A DNA stretch of 61,106 bases, filler included, from Basidiobolus ranarum (GCA_040143965.1; 5 parts of 5 records of this genome joined end to end with filler, not necessarily neighbours in it), one strand, 5' to 3'; shown: positions 26,533 to 39,696, numbered from the whole stretch's first letter. The notes: generated by a model not told the origin, from the letters alone. Program-made: numbers and translations.

Positions 26533-28137
26533 TTACTGTTGGAAGCTGAAACCACCTTGTGGCATGGATACATCTGATTGGAAAGCAAATGCACCAGTGT
26601 TGGCATCAACTTCAGGAGCAAGACCGGTATCTTCATCCTCTTCTTCACCAAAGTATTTATCAATAATTCCGTAGGCCTTTTGATAGATCTGAATGTTGTC
26701 GTGGATTTGAAGATTGTGAATTTTCTCCATACCACCGGCTTCTTCGACAAAGAGAGCATATTGGTTCTCTCCATTGATTTCTTTATCCATCTCACCGACC
26801 TTGAGAATGTTCTCAATACCGTCTAAAGCAACTTGAATGATTTTGTTATCCATGCATGTCAAGAGATCGCACAAGGGCTTGATGCATCCTGCAGAAACAA
26901 GATATTTAACTTGTTCAGGTCTGGCAAGACCACCAGATGTAGCATTGGATATTGCCCAACAAGCCTCTTTCTTGGTTTTGAAATCAGCGACTTCAAGAAC
27001 ATGGACAAGAGGAGGGATAAGGTTGGCATCAAGTACAAATTGAATTTGATCTGGGGTACCAGCGGTGATGTTGGAAATAGTCCAGCAAGCCTCTTTTCTG
27101 ATACCATCCTTGGGGCTAGAAAGAAGGCTTAGGAGAGCAGCCAAACAACCAGAGTTGATCATGATTTGAGTTTGTTGATCATCTCCAGTGACAATGTTAC
27201 CAACTGAACGCAAAGCGGGTGTTTGAACGGTGGTAGAGGGATGCATCAACAATTCAATGAGACGACGGCAAACACCGGATTCAATTACAGCTTGAATCTT
27301 TTCGTTGGATCCATCAGACATGTAGGAAATAGCCCAGCAAGCATCACCAAGAACCTCATCATCATGAGAGTACAAAAGTTTGTTGAGGGTAGGAAGAGCT
27401 GGAGCAATAAGGGACCATTCAGGCTGAGGATTCTTACCACGGCAGAAGTTAGACAAAGTCCAGGTAGCGTTACGTACCATAGAGATTTTGTTGTTTTCAT
27501 TCAAAAGAGTAAGCAAGTTGGGAAGACCACCACATTGCAAAACAAAATCACGACAACGAGCTGAATCACCAGCAATATTTCCAAGAGCCCAGACAGCTTG
27601 CTCCTTAACATCGGAAACGTGACTGTTGAGTAATTCAACAAAAATTGGGACAGCACCGCTCTCAATAACGACTTGAGTTTGGTGAGAAGAACCGGAAGCA
27701 ATGTTGGTAAGAGCCCAAGCAGATTCGAATTGAAGTAGGGAATGAGGAGAACGCAAAAATTCAACGAATCTGCTTACAACTCCACAGGCAATTACCTCTT
27801 CAATAGGAGGATTGGTTTCTTTAGAAAGAAGTTTACGGAATTTAGTACAAGCTTGAAGGGCGACTTCAACGTTGTCGGAATAAAGGTCTTGGACCATCCC
27901 GGGAAGTTGCTCCTCCAATTGAGCAGCGACAGCTGAAGCCATCTTATCCTCGTCTTCACTATCGGACATCTCACCTTCAGGGATGAACATATTTCTCTTC
28001 TTTGCTAGAGACTCTTCACGCTTCTGCTTACGAATTTCAACTTGAGCCTCTTCACGTCTGCGTCTAAGCTCGTCGGCCTTAAACATGGCCTTAGACTTGT
28101 AGGCATTACGTCTGTGTTCGGGAACTCTGGATTCCAT
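26533..28137 (-). CDS. SRP1: Importin subunit alpha (karyopherin alpha), intronless
   Basis: IBB domain ([24 protein letters not shown]) and ARM repeats ([40 protein letters not shown]). Confidence 0.97.
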   Translation of the reverse strand: MESRVPEHRRNAYKSKAMFKADELRRRREEAQVEIRKQKREESLAKKRNMFIPEGEMSDSEDEDKMASAVAAQLEEQLPGMVQDLYSDNVEVALQACTKFRKLLSKETNPPIEEVIACGVVSRFVEFLRSPHSLLQFESAWALTNIASGSSHQTQVVIESGAVPIFVELLNSHVSDVKEQAVWALGNIAGDSARCRDFVLQCGGLPNLLTLLNENNKISMVRNATWTLSNFCRGKNPQPEWSLIAPALPTLNKLLYSHDDEVLGDACWAISYMSDGSNEKIQAVIESGVCRRLIELLMHPSTTVQTPALRSVGNIVTGDDQQTQIMINSGCLAALLSLLSSPKDGIRKEACWTISNITAGTPDQIQFVLDANLIPPLVHVLEVADFKTKKEACWAISNATSGGLARPEQVKYLVSAGCIKPLCDLLTCMDNKIIQVALDGIENILKVGEMDKEINGENQYALFVEEAGGMEKIHNLQIHDNIQIYQKAYGIIDKYFGEEEDEDTGLAPEVDANTGAFAFQSDVSMPQGGFSFQQ

Positions 28138-28966
28138 TGTGTATATTGTTTATAGACGGAGAGAAATATGGAAAAAGGTAAATAGATACAGAGGAGTAAA
28201 GCAACAAATTTAAGGTGAGGGGGTTTTAATAAAGAAAAAAATCGATCTACTCCCTGATGATGTATCCTCCACTATCATTTTACTATCTAAGAAAAAGGGC
28301 TCCATCTTACATCCCTCTGGGGGGTCTAAAATCTTACTGAGTACTTCCAATATCCATAGAAACTGAATGAAAGCGACAAAATAGGGTTCGTCGAGCAGAG
28401 AAAAAGGGTACATTAAGAGGTACCCATTATTTGTTTTGACCTGATGAAAATTTTCATGTTTGTTTATTGTTTTCTCTAAATTTTTCTGTTTTTCGCCTAG
28501 GGAGTACGAAAAGACCAACGGTTCCCATATGAGGAAATGTAAATAACAGATTGTCCACAAACCATCCCCTGTATTGAGTTGTTGAGTTATGTTAGCATAT
28601 TCCTAGTCACTTTCCAGTGTTAAAGCTTTAGAGCTTTAAAGGAACAGTCTATCGGCTTTCAATGGACTTCTTTCAGCAAATGCTTGATTGGCCAATATGT
28701 GGGAACGTCATCTGTATTTAGTGCCATGATATCAGCAATTATTGAAAATCATCGAGAACTCAAGCAAACCAATAAATAAATATAAATACCGGTAATTTTC
28801 CAACTGGAGTGTTGTCACATATTGTTAGCCTTTTTTATACTTTAACTTTTGGTCCTATTTGGGTAATCAACTCTGATCAAAACATTTTTATGAATCAAAA
28901 TAAACATCCCATTAGCTGAACACGGACAATTCATTTGAACTGGCCTTTAAGCGTGAAAGCCTCAAA

Positions 28967-31955
28967 ATGGAGGAAAAACGTCCAAGACAGAATATTGCTG
29001 AAATTCGGGTATAATATCTTTTGAAATTCATAAAATGCTGGTTGGACGAATGATTGACTCGCTCTTCGTGTTCTTTAGAGACTTCAAAAACTACGTCGAG
29101 AGCAACAAAAGAAAGAGAATAAATCCAACGATATTCAAAATTCGCCATATCAAAAGCCCATAAATAATATAAATGTCCCAAGGAAAGTAGAGAAAGTACA
29201 AGTTCAGAACTTAGAGACTGCATCCAACAAAGAACTGAGTACCGGGGTTCGAGCATTTCAAACGACTTTTGAAAGAACCAGGGGTAAGGCAGTGGAGATA
29301 AATCCATTTGCTTCTTCAACTCAACAGGTTGACCACACATCGCAAAACCCATTCACTATATTTGGAAAACTTATTTCCGAAAAGAATGGGGAAACCACCA
29401 TCGTTCAGACTAGCGATGCTCAGTCTGAGAAGGCAATGGAGGTAGTGAAGAGTGTGGGTATTACGATTTTAAATGTGCAGCGTTCGAAGTAGCAATACTA
29501 ATTAGTTGTACCCTTCATCTTAGTCGGAAAAACAAACACACTCTCTCCCTACACATCTTACACCTTTAGTGGTTCAGCGACATACTACAGCGAAATCAAA
29601 TAATTCTTTCCTCGAAGACATACACGAATCAAGTCACTTCAAAAGCAGTGACGAATCTGATGGGCATAGTGAAGCATCATTATCAGATTATTCGGATGGA
29701 CCTAGTGACGTTGAAGATGGCGGCGCGTATATGAGGAGAAAACAACAATTCATGCAAAGCAATCACAAATACGAAATCAATGATGGTAAATAGACGTTTG
29801 CTGCTTATTTAAAGGTTACTGATTGACACAATTGATTTCATTGCTGTCTAGACTCTAGGATCCTAAAGATTCCTACAAACTATATGGTATTACATTAAGT
29901 ATATGCCAACTTGGAAGTTCTTCAACTCACATTTCTGGGATTTAGAGCGCTACTGCAGGGGCGGACTTGCAGGACGTCAAGAATGGTATGTCGATAGCCA
30001 CCAATTACTTTGTCGTCGATGCTTTTGCTGACTTTACTCTATATTATATTGCAGTGGAATCTGATGATAATCGTAGTGTTCTGTTTAATCTGTTGGAGCG
30101 ACGTAGTGTACGAACATTTGTCACTTTTGATAAGTACCAGGTGACTAATATATATATATTTGAATTACTAGTCTCATTTAGAGAGTCGAAATGATGATCA
30201 GGATGTAAATATGGAAGGTGCTGTCTATCTTCAGAGTTGGATTGTTTTATTCTCTTTGCTCTAACCTACAGCTTTAGACACATTTGTTAATACCGAAAGT
30301 CCATCGAGTGAAGCCATTAGTACGGATGTAAGACTAGGGAAGTTTATAGCATAATGTGATTCTGCTTATTAACCTTCCTTCTTCTATATATCAACTCAGA
30401 ATGCGAATGACACAGGTACGTTCAATTAGTGTGTATGATGCTTACTAGCCGCTTCTAACTTCAGCTGTTGTTGCCAGGTATCCCCATTCCTCAAAAGGTA
30501 TTTCGACTCAAACTAACCCCTAGTGAAGCTGTGACTTGACTGATCCTAACTTTACGTTCAGCCCAGACAAGGAAGTCCGATGGCGCCTTTCGACTGGACA
30601 ATCAAAGTTCGCCTAACTTTCACATCAGCCAAGTCATTCCAATGGTGCGATAGTCTGGTTTCGGCTCACCAAACGGAGGCACTGAATTCTTTTGTAAAAT
30701 CACACGAGCCAGTGCATGTTAATGTTAGGTTTTTTGTTATAATATCCTACCAAGATATCCAGCTGACCAAACTCTGTAGAGTCAATTGAAGAAGCATTTA
30801 CACAGTTGGGTCTACCCAACAGCAGAAAACCCCAAGCCTTACACCGATTATTTAATGAAAGCAATGTCCAAAACTAGCTCACTGTTGGCTGAAGAGAAGC
30901 AAACCATTGCAGAGTTCAAGGGCTCCATTGAAGAATGGTAATCGTTGTCCAATTATTCTTATGTCTGTGATGGTGACTAATGACCTTTTTGTATGGCAGG
31001 AAAGATTCGTTTCGCTCTTTATACTATTCATTGAGAAATGGCGTTTGTGACTATTTCTATTACATCAATGACCAATTCTCGGTTCTTTTCAAATCGAAGA
31101 ATATTGCCCACAGCGGCGAATTCGAAGCCATCATGTGTAAATCTACTCACGGCTTACGCAAAGTTCTTCAGGATGAAGGCATCGAATTTGAGATCCCTCT
31201 CGATAGACTCTCGTCGGATGTTCTTTATCGAGGGATGGATGATCCTATCTCTGATGAGGAGAGACAAGCCATCTTGAAAGAGCTTGAGGCGTTAGAGATG
31301 TTAAATCCTGGTTCCACGTAGGTTATCACCTCTATGTTAATTACCTCAGAACTTCCATTTATATTTTTGTCAGTTCCCAGAAAAACGTCCAATTCAATTG
31401 GGATAACTCTTATCGATCTGCCTTGTACTTTGCCGGCCATCCTAATGTTCATGGTTTATTCGACTTCTTATTAAATTGGAAGGACAGTCGCCTTGAGCAT
31501 CATGTCAAAAGTCGACCTCGTCTTATATCTCCGGATCCCTTTCTGAATGCTGCAGTAAAGAGTGCCAAAGTAGGTTTCAAAGAAGTTACGGAATGAAGGT
31601 CTTTTAGTAATCTATTGTTTCAAACTAGATCGCCAAAAATGGGAAAGTCCATCGAGCTGCTATTGACGCTGCCAATGGTCAAGAGTTCTTACAAACGTTT
31701 TACAAGATCGAATTAATTGGGTTATTTCTTCCCACTTCGGTTCATCTTTTAATGGAATTATTCAAAGTAACCCAAGAGAGCGCATTCGAGGTCAACTTGA
31801 AGACCGATAATAGAACTCTAGGTCTAAACATTCCAATTCCTTTCTCTTCTACTCAAAATACTTCACGTTTATCGCATGTATTGCGTGAATCCAGAGTAAA
31901 AGTTGGCTCACTCAAAACGATAACTTGTACACCCGAATCTCACTTTTTGTATTAA
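28967..31955 (+). CDS. DONSON: DONSON (downstream neighbor of SON) homologue, multi-exon
   Basis: Exon 1 28967-29008, exon 2 from 29079. Conserved blocks in the expected order: PFDWTIKVRLTFTSAKSFQW, HSWVYP, WKDSFRSLYYSLRNGVCDYFY...FSVLF, STHGLRKVLQDEGIEFEIP, VHGLFDFLLN, PRLISPDPF, YKIELIGLFLP. Confidence 0.85.
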
Positions 31956-32443
31956 TGACATTTGAAGGATGACTTTGCGAAATAAAGCATAAGCCTTCAC
32001 TATCCTAACCCTAACATTGGTCCACCCAAAATGGCTAAAACGGCTATGGCCAATTTCATCGTATACTAATCTATTATAATACCATTAGCAGGGTTTTTGT
32101 CTGATCTAGAATGGGTATGTGGCCATTATATTACCTAACCTTAATATAAATGATGGGAACAAAGCTAGATGAATTTGTTTTCACACTTCAAAACAATCAA
32201 ATCAATTCTGCGAGACAGCTATATAGAATATCCATAACAAATCGGAGACTACAATTTTCTTATTTATTACTGTGTTGAACACTCCATACGTTGTTGCGTC
32301 TTGTTTCTGGTAGCTCGGCCTAAACTTATCTCGCCTTCAACGTCCCCTTTGTTCCTTTCATTGCTTACCAATAGTCTTTAATTTCCTCATCAGGCTCACT
32401 CTTTTTATCCGTCCATTCATTTTCTCATTACTCAGCCTCTCCA

Positions 32444-33672
32444 ATGTCCGAAAATTATACCAAAATCGAAAAGGTCGGTGAAGGAGCCTACGGAGTTGTT
32501 TATAAAGCAAAAGACAATCGCACTGGCCGCATTGTTGCCATGAAGAAAGTGCGCCTGGAATCTGAAGATGAGGGTGTACCTACTACAGCTATTCGAGAGA
32601 TTTCTGTATTGAAAGAGCTGAATCATATCAATGTTGTAGGGTAAGTAGAGTTTCAGCCTGAGCTCCTCCTCTCATTGGCATGATATGATTTTTATTCTGA
32701 TATCAAATACTGACTATTCTCTAGTCTTTTGGATATTATTCATAGTGACGGGAAACTGTATCTGGTTTTTGAGTTTTTGGATTTAGACCTCAAGCGGTAT
32801 ATGGATAAAGCTGGTACACTGGATCCAATGCAAGTCAAAGTATGTTCTCCTCGTTTATATGATCAGTGTATGTTTATATGATCAGTGCTTTCAAGGTAAA
32901 ATCAACTTACTTTGCGGTCTGTTAGAGTTACATATACCAGCTGTGTCGAGGAATGGCATATTGCCATGCACGTCGTATTCTACACCGTGATCTGAAGCCA
33001 CACAATCTACTAGTTGATCGTGAAGGCATTTTAAAGCTGGCCGACTTTGGGCTGGCACGTGCGTTCGGTGTTCCTATGCGTAACTATACTCATGAGGTCA
33101 GTCTCGATTTATTGGACAGCAATGGTAGACATAGATCCTTAATGCCAACTTAATAGGTCGTTACGTTGTGGTATCGTGCCCCCGAGATTCTTCTTGGTTC
33201 TCGCCAGTATTCCACAGGAGTAGATATGTGGAGTGTTGGCTGCATTTTCGCTGAAATGGCACTTGGGAAGCCATTATTTCCTGGAGACTCTGAGATTGAT
33301 GAATTGTTTCATATCTTTAGGTTAGTTCAATAGACATTGTGGCGCATACATCGACCCTTACTAACAAACTCTTAGATTATTGGGAACACCTAAAGATTCG
33401 ATATGGCCTGGAGTCGAGAGTCTACCCGATTACAAGGGCACTTTTCCCAACTGGTGTCCCCAGAACCTAGCGCAAGTTATCCCTGCACTAGATGCCGATG
33501 GCATTGATTTGTTGAAGGTTCGCTTGATCCTATCTCATCATACTACCGTTGAAATATTACTAACTCTGCTTCTACCTAGAAAATGCTTGTGTTTGACCCG
33601 GTCTACCGAATTTCTGCGAAGAAAGCCCTACAACATCCTTACTTTTTGGATTTAGATCGTTCCCAATTCTAA
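32444..33672 (+). CDS. CDK1/Cdc2-like cyclin-dependent kinase, non-canonical motifs, 6 exons
   Basis: [82 protein letters not shown], ending [12 protein letters not shown]. Confidence 0.92.
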
Positions 33673-33900
33673 ACCCCATCTCCACCATTTTCCAAACTCA
33701 TTCACTTTGCACTTTCTTTGTTCATATTGATTACGATTCAAGGTTGTTGTGTTATATCCACAGCATATTAATAGAATATATCAAACTTGATGATCATGTT
33801 CGTTTCTTGGTTATCTCTTTATAAATTCAAGTGGGTATGTAATGTAGTAATGTGAGGGTGAAGGTGAATAGGTGGACAATGTTTGTATGCCAGATGATGT

Positions 33901-34738
33901 TCATGCTCGAATGTATCTCCAAACAACACTGCAATCTTCTGGCTTCAAGACCAGCATTTTACATCTGGTAATGTAGTGATATCCACGATCCAAAAATTGC
34001 TGCAATTCACTCTGTTGGTTGGTTTCCAATACTAGAATGCCTCCGTTACTGTGGGCATGGGATGAAAGGATATTTAGTTGACGAGGCTCACGTAGAATAT
34101 GCTCATTACTTATGTAACTTCGTTCACGACAGTTGTAATAATTAGAGAACAGGTTTATACCTGATGTCGAAACGCATAAACCTTTTAAGACAAATTTAGT
34201 CACTCTTCAAAACCATATGTTTAAATTACTTAATACCTGATAATCCTACTACTTTTAAGTTGGTGTTGGTGATTCTTAATTCCTCCAAGATCTCTTGAAT
34301 GCTTTTGAGAACTAAATCTCCTAGTCTCTCACTGTTCTCTTCCTTATTTTTTAGGGAAGTCCAAGAAGGATAGCGCTCCATATGATATATGTGTAAACCA
34401 ATTTCATCCTCGCCTGAATCTGAGTGCTGAGAGTTATCGAATAGAACTTCAGAATCTAGCTCACTCTCAAGAAGAAGGCCGTTGGTAAACTTCGACCAGC
34501 CTTGAGAGGTAAGAGGCACTACACAACAGGTCCCTACGATTACTTCCTTCTCATATTCAATGCCTTCAACTAATTCATTGCTATCATAATAGTAGATGAT
34601 TCCAAATTCAGGATGACGTGCATACCATATCGAGAAGGTTTCTGCGGTCAAAGGTGTTTCTGTCGGATACACATCGATATCAGAAGCCAGTATGGTTTCA
34701 TAATCACTCGGCTTAATAGGGCGCCTTTTTAGAATCAT
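33901..34738 (-). CDS. Hypothetical protein of about 260 aa (possible GNAT-like fold), 2 exons
   Basis: Two ORFs join in frame through a GT-AG intron at 34236-34182. Begins RPIKPSDYETIL, as many GNAT proteins do. Fold assignment is weak. Confidence 0.6.
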
Positions 34739-35378
34739 TTAATGGTATGAATTGAACCCACTCATTGAGTGTAAACATCACTTATTGACCCTACGTAAAC
34801 ACCTCTCACTGCTGAAACAGGGGCAATGGCATAAGCATAATCACGTGACACGGCTGTCAGTGTTTACGTAATTAACAATAGCATCCTATACACCTCATCA
34901 CAAGTAAATAACCTCAACTTGGAGAAGAATCTGATTGGACATCCCCTGGGTACTGTATTCCGGGAGATTGAACGAAATAAATAAATATATAAAAAATAAA
35001 TATACCAGAGAGGGAAAAAATAAGGAAAAAATGACAATTGATGTTTTCCCAGACAACCTTGCTTGGTCGCAAGAAATTCCATTATTGGGATATAGACCAA
35101 ACCAACATACTTCAACTTACCAAAGGTAGCCTATATACTAATCGAGTAACTAGTATTTTGAAAATGGCAAAAATGTGTGAGGAGATTCCACCAAATGTGT
35201 TATTAATGGAAGTAGTTCCTTAGATGGTGATAATCACAGAAAAGGGGTTTGGCTTATCTCTGCAATGAACCAATCACGTTACAGATTGCTGATTGGTGGA
35301 ATCCACGTTTGCATCATCACCTTTTAGTTATAAAAAGAAGTAAAATGCAGTGGGAATTGCCATTCACCTTTGCTTAAA

Positions 35379-36191
35379 ATGTCTAATAACATCTGCCGTT
35401 TCGAAGATCAAACTCACACCATCCCTGAAGGCGGTGACCACCATGGTCATAGTCACGGTCATGAACATTCTGGTGCTGCCGATCACGGCCACACTCACGA
35501 ACAAATGGACAGTCCAGGTAACTTCCATGAACGTGAAGCTCCTGTTTTCAACCGTAGAGACTGGAGCGAACGTGGTTTCACTGTTGGTATCGGTGGTCCC
35601 GTTGGATCCGGCAAGACTGCTTTAATGCTTTCCCTCTGCAGAGCTCTCCGTGAGAACTATAACATTGCCTGTGTTACCAACGATATTTTCACCAGAGAAG
35701 ATACTGAGTTTTTGGTTCGCAATGAAGCTCTTCCTAAGGAACGTATTCGTGCCATTGAAACTGGTGGTTGCCCTCACGCTGCCATTCGTGAGGATGTCTC
35801 TGCCAACATGAACGCCTTGGAGGAATTGCAAGCTCAATTTAACTGTGAACTCTTGTTGATCGAGTCCGGTGGTGATAACCTCGCCGCTAACTATTCTCGT
35901 GAATTAGCTGATTGTATCATCTACGTCATTGATGTTGCTGGTGGTGACAAGGTCCCTAGAAAGGGTGGACCAGGTATTACCCAATCTGATCTCTTGGTTA
36001 TCAACAAGACCGATCTTGCTCCTATCGTCGGTGCTGACTTGGACGTCATGGCCAGAGATGCTGAGAAGATGCGTCAAGGTGGACCTACTATCTTTGCCCA
36101 AGTCAAGAATGGACCAGGCATGAAGGAAATCATTGAATATATTTTGCAATCTTGGGAACAAAGTGGAGCCAAGGCCGCTAGCAAGCAGTAA
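35379..36191 (+). CDS. ureG: Urease accessory GTPase UreG
   Basis: His-rich N-terminus, [51 protein letters not shown]. Confidence 0.97.
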   Translation: MSNNICRFEDQTHTIPEGGDHHGHSHGHEHSGAADHGHTHEQMDSPGNFHEREAPVFNRRDWSERGFTVGIGGPVGSGKTALMLSLCRALRENYNIACVTNDIFTREDTEFLVRNEALPKERIRAIETGGCPHAAIREDVSANMNALEELQAQFNCELLLIESGGDNLAANYSRELADCIIYVIDVAGGDKVPRKGGPGITQSDLLVINKTDLAPIVGADLDVMARDAEKMRQGGPTIFAQVKNGPGMKEIIEYILQSWEQSGAKAASKQ

Positions 36192-36406
36192 ATTAGAATA
36201 AGCGAAGATGTTCATTGTATATTAAATAGTTTTTATAATTAAATTTAAAAAAACAATCCACAATATTTTTCCGAATGCTTTAATGACATATATTTAGCTT
36301 CATCAGTGTTGTGTGCTTTCGCTATTGTAAAAGTACATTCTTTTTATTGAGATAAAAATTTACAAATATATTCAGCAGTTACGTTTGGTTTATGACAATC
36401 AATTTA

Positions 36407-36656
36407 TCATTTTGTTTCTTTGTCAGTATGCTTTTGTGCTTCTTTAGCAGCTAAGTTAGCTTTTTGTTGTGGAGTAATGTTCTCAGACTTGGCTTGCTCA
36501 ACTCGTGGCTTGACTTCCTCTGCAACTTGCTGAGCTCTGATCTTAGCCGCTTCAGCAACCTCTCCACTATACTCCTTCACTTGTTCACTTTTGCTCTTGA
36601 CTCCTTCACTTACTGATTTGGCAGTGCCAGCAACTTCTGATTGAACTTTACCAGCT
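36407..36656 (-). CDS. C-terminal fragment of an LEA-like/amphipathic-helix protein, cut by contig end
   Basis: Open frame AGKVQSEVAGTAKSVSEGVKSKSEQVKEYSGEVAEAAKIRAQQVAEEVKPRVEQAK...KETK*, rich in A/E/K/V. Not listed in the ORF track. Confidence 0.55.
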
Positions 36657-36756
36657 NNNNNNNNNNNNNNNNNNNNNNNNNNNNNNNNNNNNNNNNNNNN
36701 TTAATTAATTAANNNNNNNNNNNNNNNNNNNNNNNNNNNNNNNNNNNNNNNNNNNN
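36657..36756. other. Artificial contig spacer
   Basis: N44-TTAATTAATTAA-N44. Confidence 0.97.
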
Positions 36757-36899
36757 GCTAAGTGATATTTGACTAAATAATGTTGACTAACTAATATGTG
36801 ATATATGAAATAGTTAGGTGTATAAAGATAGGGATAACATATATGATAAAGACAATAAACTTCAACAATATTCATATGCAAATTGAGGAAGAGAAATTG

Positions 36900-37333
36900 A
36901 AGAAAGTGGATCCATAATAGGACACTTATTTCTTAGCTTTAATGGAGCTTTTTGTTTGAATTTCAAGAAACAACCTACTACAGCACTTTGGCAACTGAAG
37001 CAGAAAAAATGACTGCTTATGAAGCAACATAATTAATAAAATCTTGACAGATATGGGCTAATCTCAAAACTTACCTACTGCAATATTTCAAGATAATCAA
37101 AGTTGTATTAAATTAGCTAGAAATCCCACCTTTCATACCAGTAGTAAACATATTAATATTAAACATCCTTTTATTAGAGAAGCCAAAAGGGAATCAGTTT
37201 ATTGACTTACCTTATTATTCTACAGAAAATATGATTGCTGATATATATTAACTAAACCATTAGCTGGACAGAAATTTGAGAAATTTAGGTCTTCTTTAGG
37301 ATTAGTTCATATGACTATTTAGTTGAGGGAGAG
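36900..37333 (+). mobile_element. Decayed Ty1/copia pol 3' end (RNase H) with polypurine tract
   Basis: Frameshifted pieces KKQPTTAL..TEAE, QDNQSCIKLARNPTFHTSSKHINIKHPFIRE, STENMIADI..LTKPL..KFEKFRSSLGL, then purine tract TTGAGGGAGAG ending at 37333. Confidence 0.88.
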
Positions 37334-37682
37334 TATTAATATTAGCATTGCCTGAATGCTTATAAAGTCATATAGAGCTTAGTTTTCAGTTTTCCTATAT
37401 TTCAGTAAGCTACAACCATTTATTCTCAATTGAAACTTACTTTGAAAAGTTTTGCCAACTTGGAAGTTCTCAGATAGATAGACTTTTCAGGCTTGTGCTG
37501 GAAGCCCCAAACTCTGTACACATGCTCTTGGGACCTTCCTTAGCATATTTTTATGTTAGTTTGCTCATGTTTTGACAAAACTATATATTTAAACTCTCAA
37601 TTCAATTAAATCAAGAAGTGAAAGTCACCAATTTCTCTAATTCTTCAAAACCACTTCCAATAGGCTCCCAGATAATTTAATA
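37334..37682 (+). mobile_element. 3' LTR of the copia element (family A)
   Basis: Starts right after the PPT. Aligns by eye with 38587-38914 (minus) and 44373-44679 (plus). Family consensus ends appear to be TGTTGAA...TTCAACA. Confidence 0.75.
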
Positions 37683-37849
37683 ACCACAAGAAAGTCCTTC
37701 TCATGTTTTGATATTATTTCCAAAGCAACTCACATTTGCACTAAATAGTAATACCTCACTTGAAACTAGTGTTCAGTACAATCAAATGTTGTTGAAATTT
37801 TGAGCATAAATTAGCCCTTTTAAGTGACATACTTTGCTTATATTCATTT

Positions 37850-37990
37850 TGTAAATTACAATATCTCTGTATTCACTTCATGAATTAGCTTGATATTGTG
37901 TCCGCATCCTAAGCAGAGCCCAAATGGCAGGCATTGATATTGTAAAGTCAATACCACCACTCTTAGTTGTATTACTTACATCTAAATCCA
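37850..37990 (+). repeat. Repeat family C, copy 1 (inverted partner at about 39860-40000)
   Basis: AAATTACAATATCTCTGTATTCACTTCATGAATTAGCTTGA...GAGCCCAAAT...CCACCACTCTT matches the reverse complement of 39860-40000. Confidence 0.7.
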
Positions 37991-38586
37991 CTACAGCTAG
38001 CAAATCACTTTTGAGCTTGACATCATTCCATATTTGAATTATCCATCATTGACTATCCAATACTATACATCAAAGGATTTGAACTGTCAATAATATGGTT
38101 CTCCTCATTGTCCTTCCATGCTTATTTTAAATTATGTGCACTAACCCCAGTCAAATTCCACAGAATCTACCAATGTTGGATAATTTATGAATTTTTCAAA
38201 TATTAAAATACAATAGAACTTGACTTATGGAAATAAATGATCTCTTTCAGTACCCAGTCATTTGAAAGTTACTCCTGAGGTGATGTTTTGTTTAAACAAT
38301 TTCATGATTTATTAATTGTTAGTGAAAAGTGATGTTTGAATCATAAAAAGTGTTGGAAGCAAGTTTGATTTCTCTTATGAGAAGAGATATATACATTGCA
38401 CAGTAGGTTCCAACTTACTTTTGGAGGATCTTGATGTAATGGGGGTAGACTTTGTATATTGGATAAAACCTATGATATTGTTTTAGCTGCTTTATTCTTA
38501 AGAGAATATGGTGGCTGAGTAGTAAATCAATTGTTCAAGATATTCAGGAGTTTGTGTAAGATGCTATAGTAGATAGGTATATGTAA

Positions 38587-38914
38587 TAGTTAAAGTGTTT
38601 TGGGAGCCTGCTGAAAATGGTTTGGAGAATTAGAGAAATTGGTGGTCTTCACTCATTGACTTATTGCATTGAGAGTTGGCATCTATATTTTATCCAGACA
38701 GAAGCAAAAAGAATGTAGAATGTGATAAGGGAGGTTCCATAAACATGTGTGCAAAGTTTGGAGCTTCTAGCATAAGTTTGAAAAATCTATATATCAAGAA
38801 CTTTTAAATAAATTCCAATTGTGAATAATGGGTATTATTATAGTAAGCAATAGGAAAACTAAATGCCAATATATGTATGATTATATAGGCGTGTAGAAAA
38901 TGCTAATTTCAACA
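38587..38914 (-). mobile_element. Solo LTR, family A, inverted
   Basis: Reverse complement begins TGTTGAAATTAGCATT and contains CCAAACTTTGCACACAT and CACCAATTTCTCTAATTCT, matching the other family-A copies. Confidence 0.75.
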
Positions 38915-38926
38915 GTAATAAAACAT

Positions 38927-39638
38927 ACTGGTTATCTAGATATACAGATATTGCTGATTAGAAAATAGGGGCTATAGGAAAGTTGCTTTCTATTTCTGAT
39001 TTATGTATCATACCTGAAGTCAACTAAGGTATCAAATATGAATGATTATCTAACACCTACTTCATATGTCTGCTATCCTGAGACATTGAATGAAAGGTGA
39101 TAACATGGAGTGATGCTTAAAAAAATAATTCATTCATACAAGTGCATAGCAAATCTCACAAATTATTGTAGTGCTCATGTGTCCATCAGTTAAGAGATAT
39201 AACCCAGCATTCCTGAGCATGACCAACTCTTAAACATGTTTTCTAAGTCCTTGATACAAGAGTCTGATGTTTAACCTTACCAAGTATGGCTGAAAATTTC
39301 AGATTTGGTTGTATCCTCTTCAATTTTATGACCTTAAATATAATCTGTTAAGTCTTCAGTGAAATTCCCTTAAATAAAGCCCACTAAGATGTGATCTATG
39401 TAATTACAAAGGAGACTGAAGAAGACAGCAAAATATTTTGATACTGTTCCAAACATTCTTTCCATGATTGTTTAGTAAAGTGTGAAATTTTTGGAGGAAG
39501 AGAGGTCTTACAGATGGATAATTAATCATTATTGAATGTCTTAGTTATCTTTACTTATGTTACATATATCAGAAACAAGAAAGCATTGTATCAACAGCCC
39601 CTATCTTCTGATTAGGAATATTTCTATTTCTATATACC
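38927..39638. repeat. Pair of about 125-bp diverged inverted repeats (family B): 38927-39057 and 39519-39638
   Basis: Shared core ATCAGAAA..AGAAAGCA...AGCCCCTAT.TTCT.AT on opposite strands. Could be a MITE-like element or two opposed solo LTRs. Confidence 0.6.
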
Positions 39639-39696
39639 TGTTGAAGTTTTTGGGAGTTTATTGGAAGTGGTTTAGAGAGCTAGAATTTCCTTGGTA
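39639..39696 (-). mobile_element. Partial family-A LTR end
   Basis: TGTTGAAGTTTTTGGGAGTTTATTGGAAGTGGTTT is close to the reverse complement of the LTR 3' end at about 44640-44679. Confidence 0.6.

Noticed and set aside
26430-27974. Many antisense and alternate-frame ORFs over importin-alpha (likewise over ureG, FET4, GH31)
   Set aside because: Shadows of codon-biased real genes.
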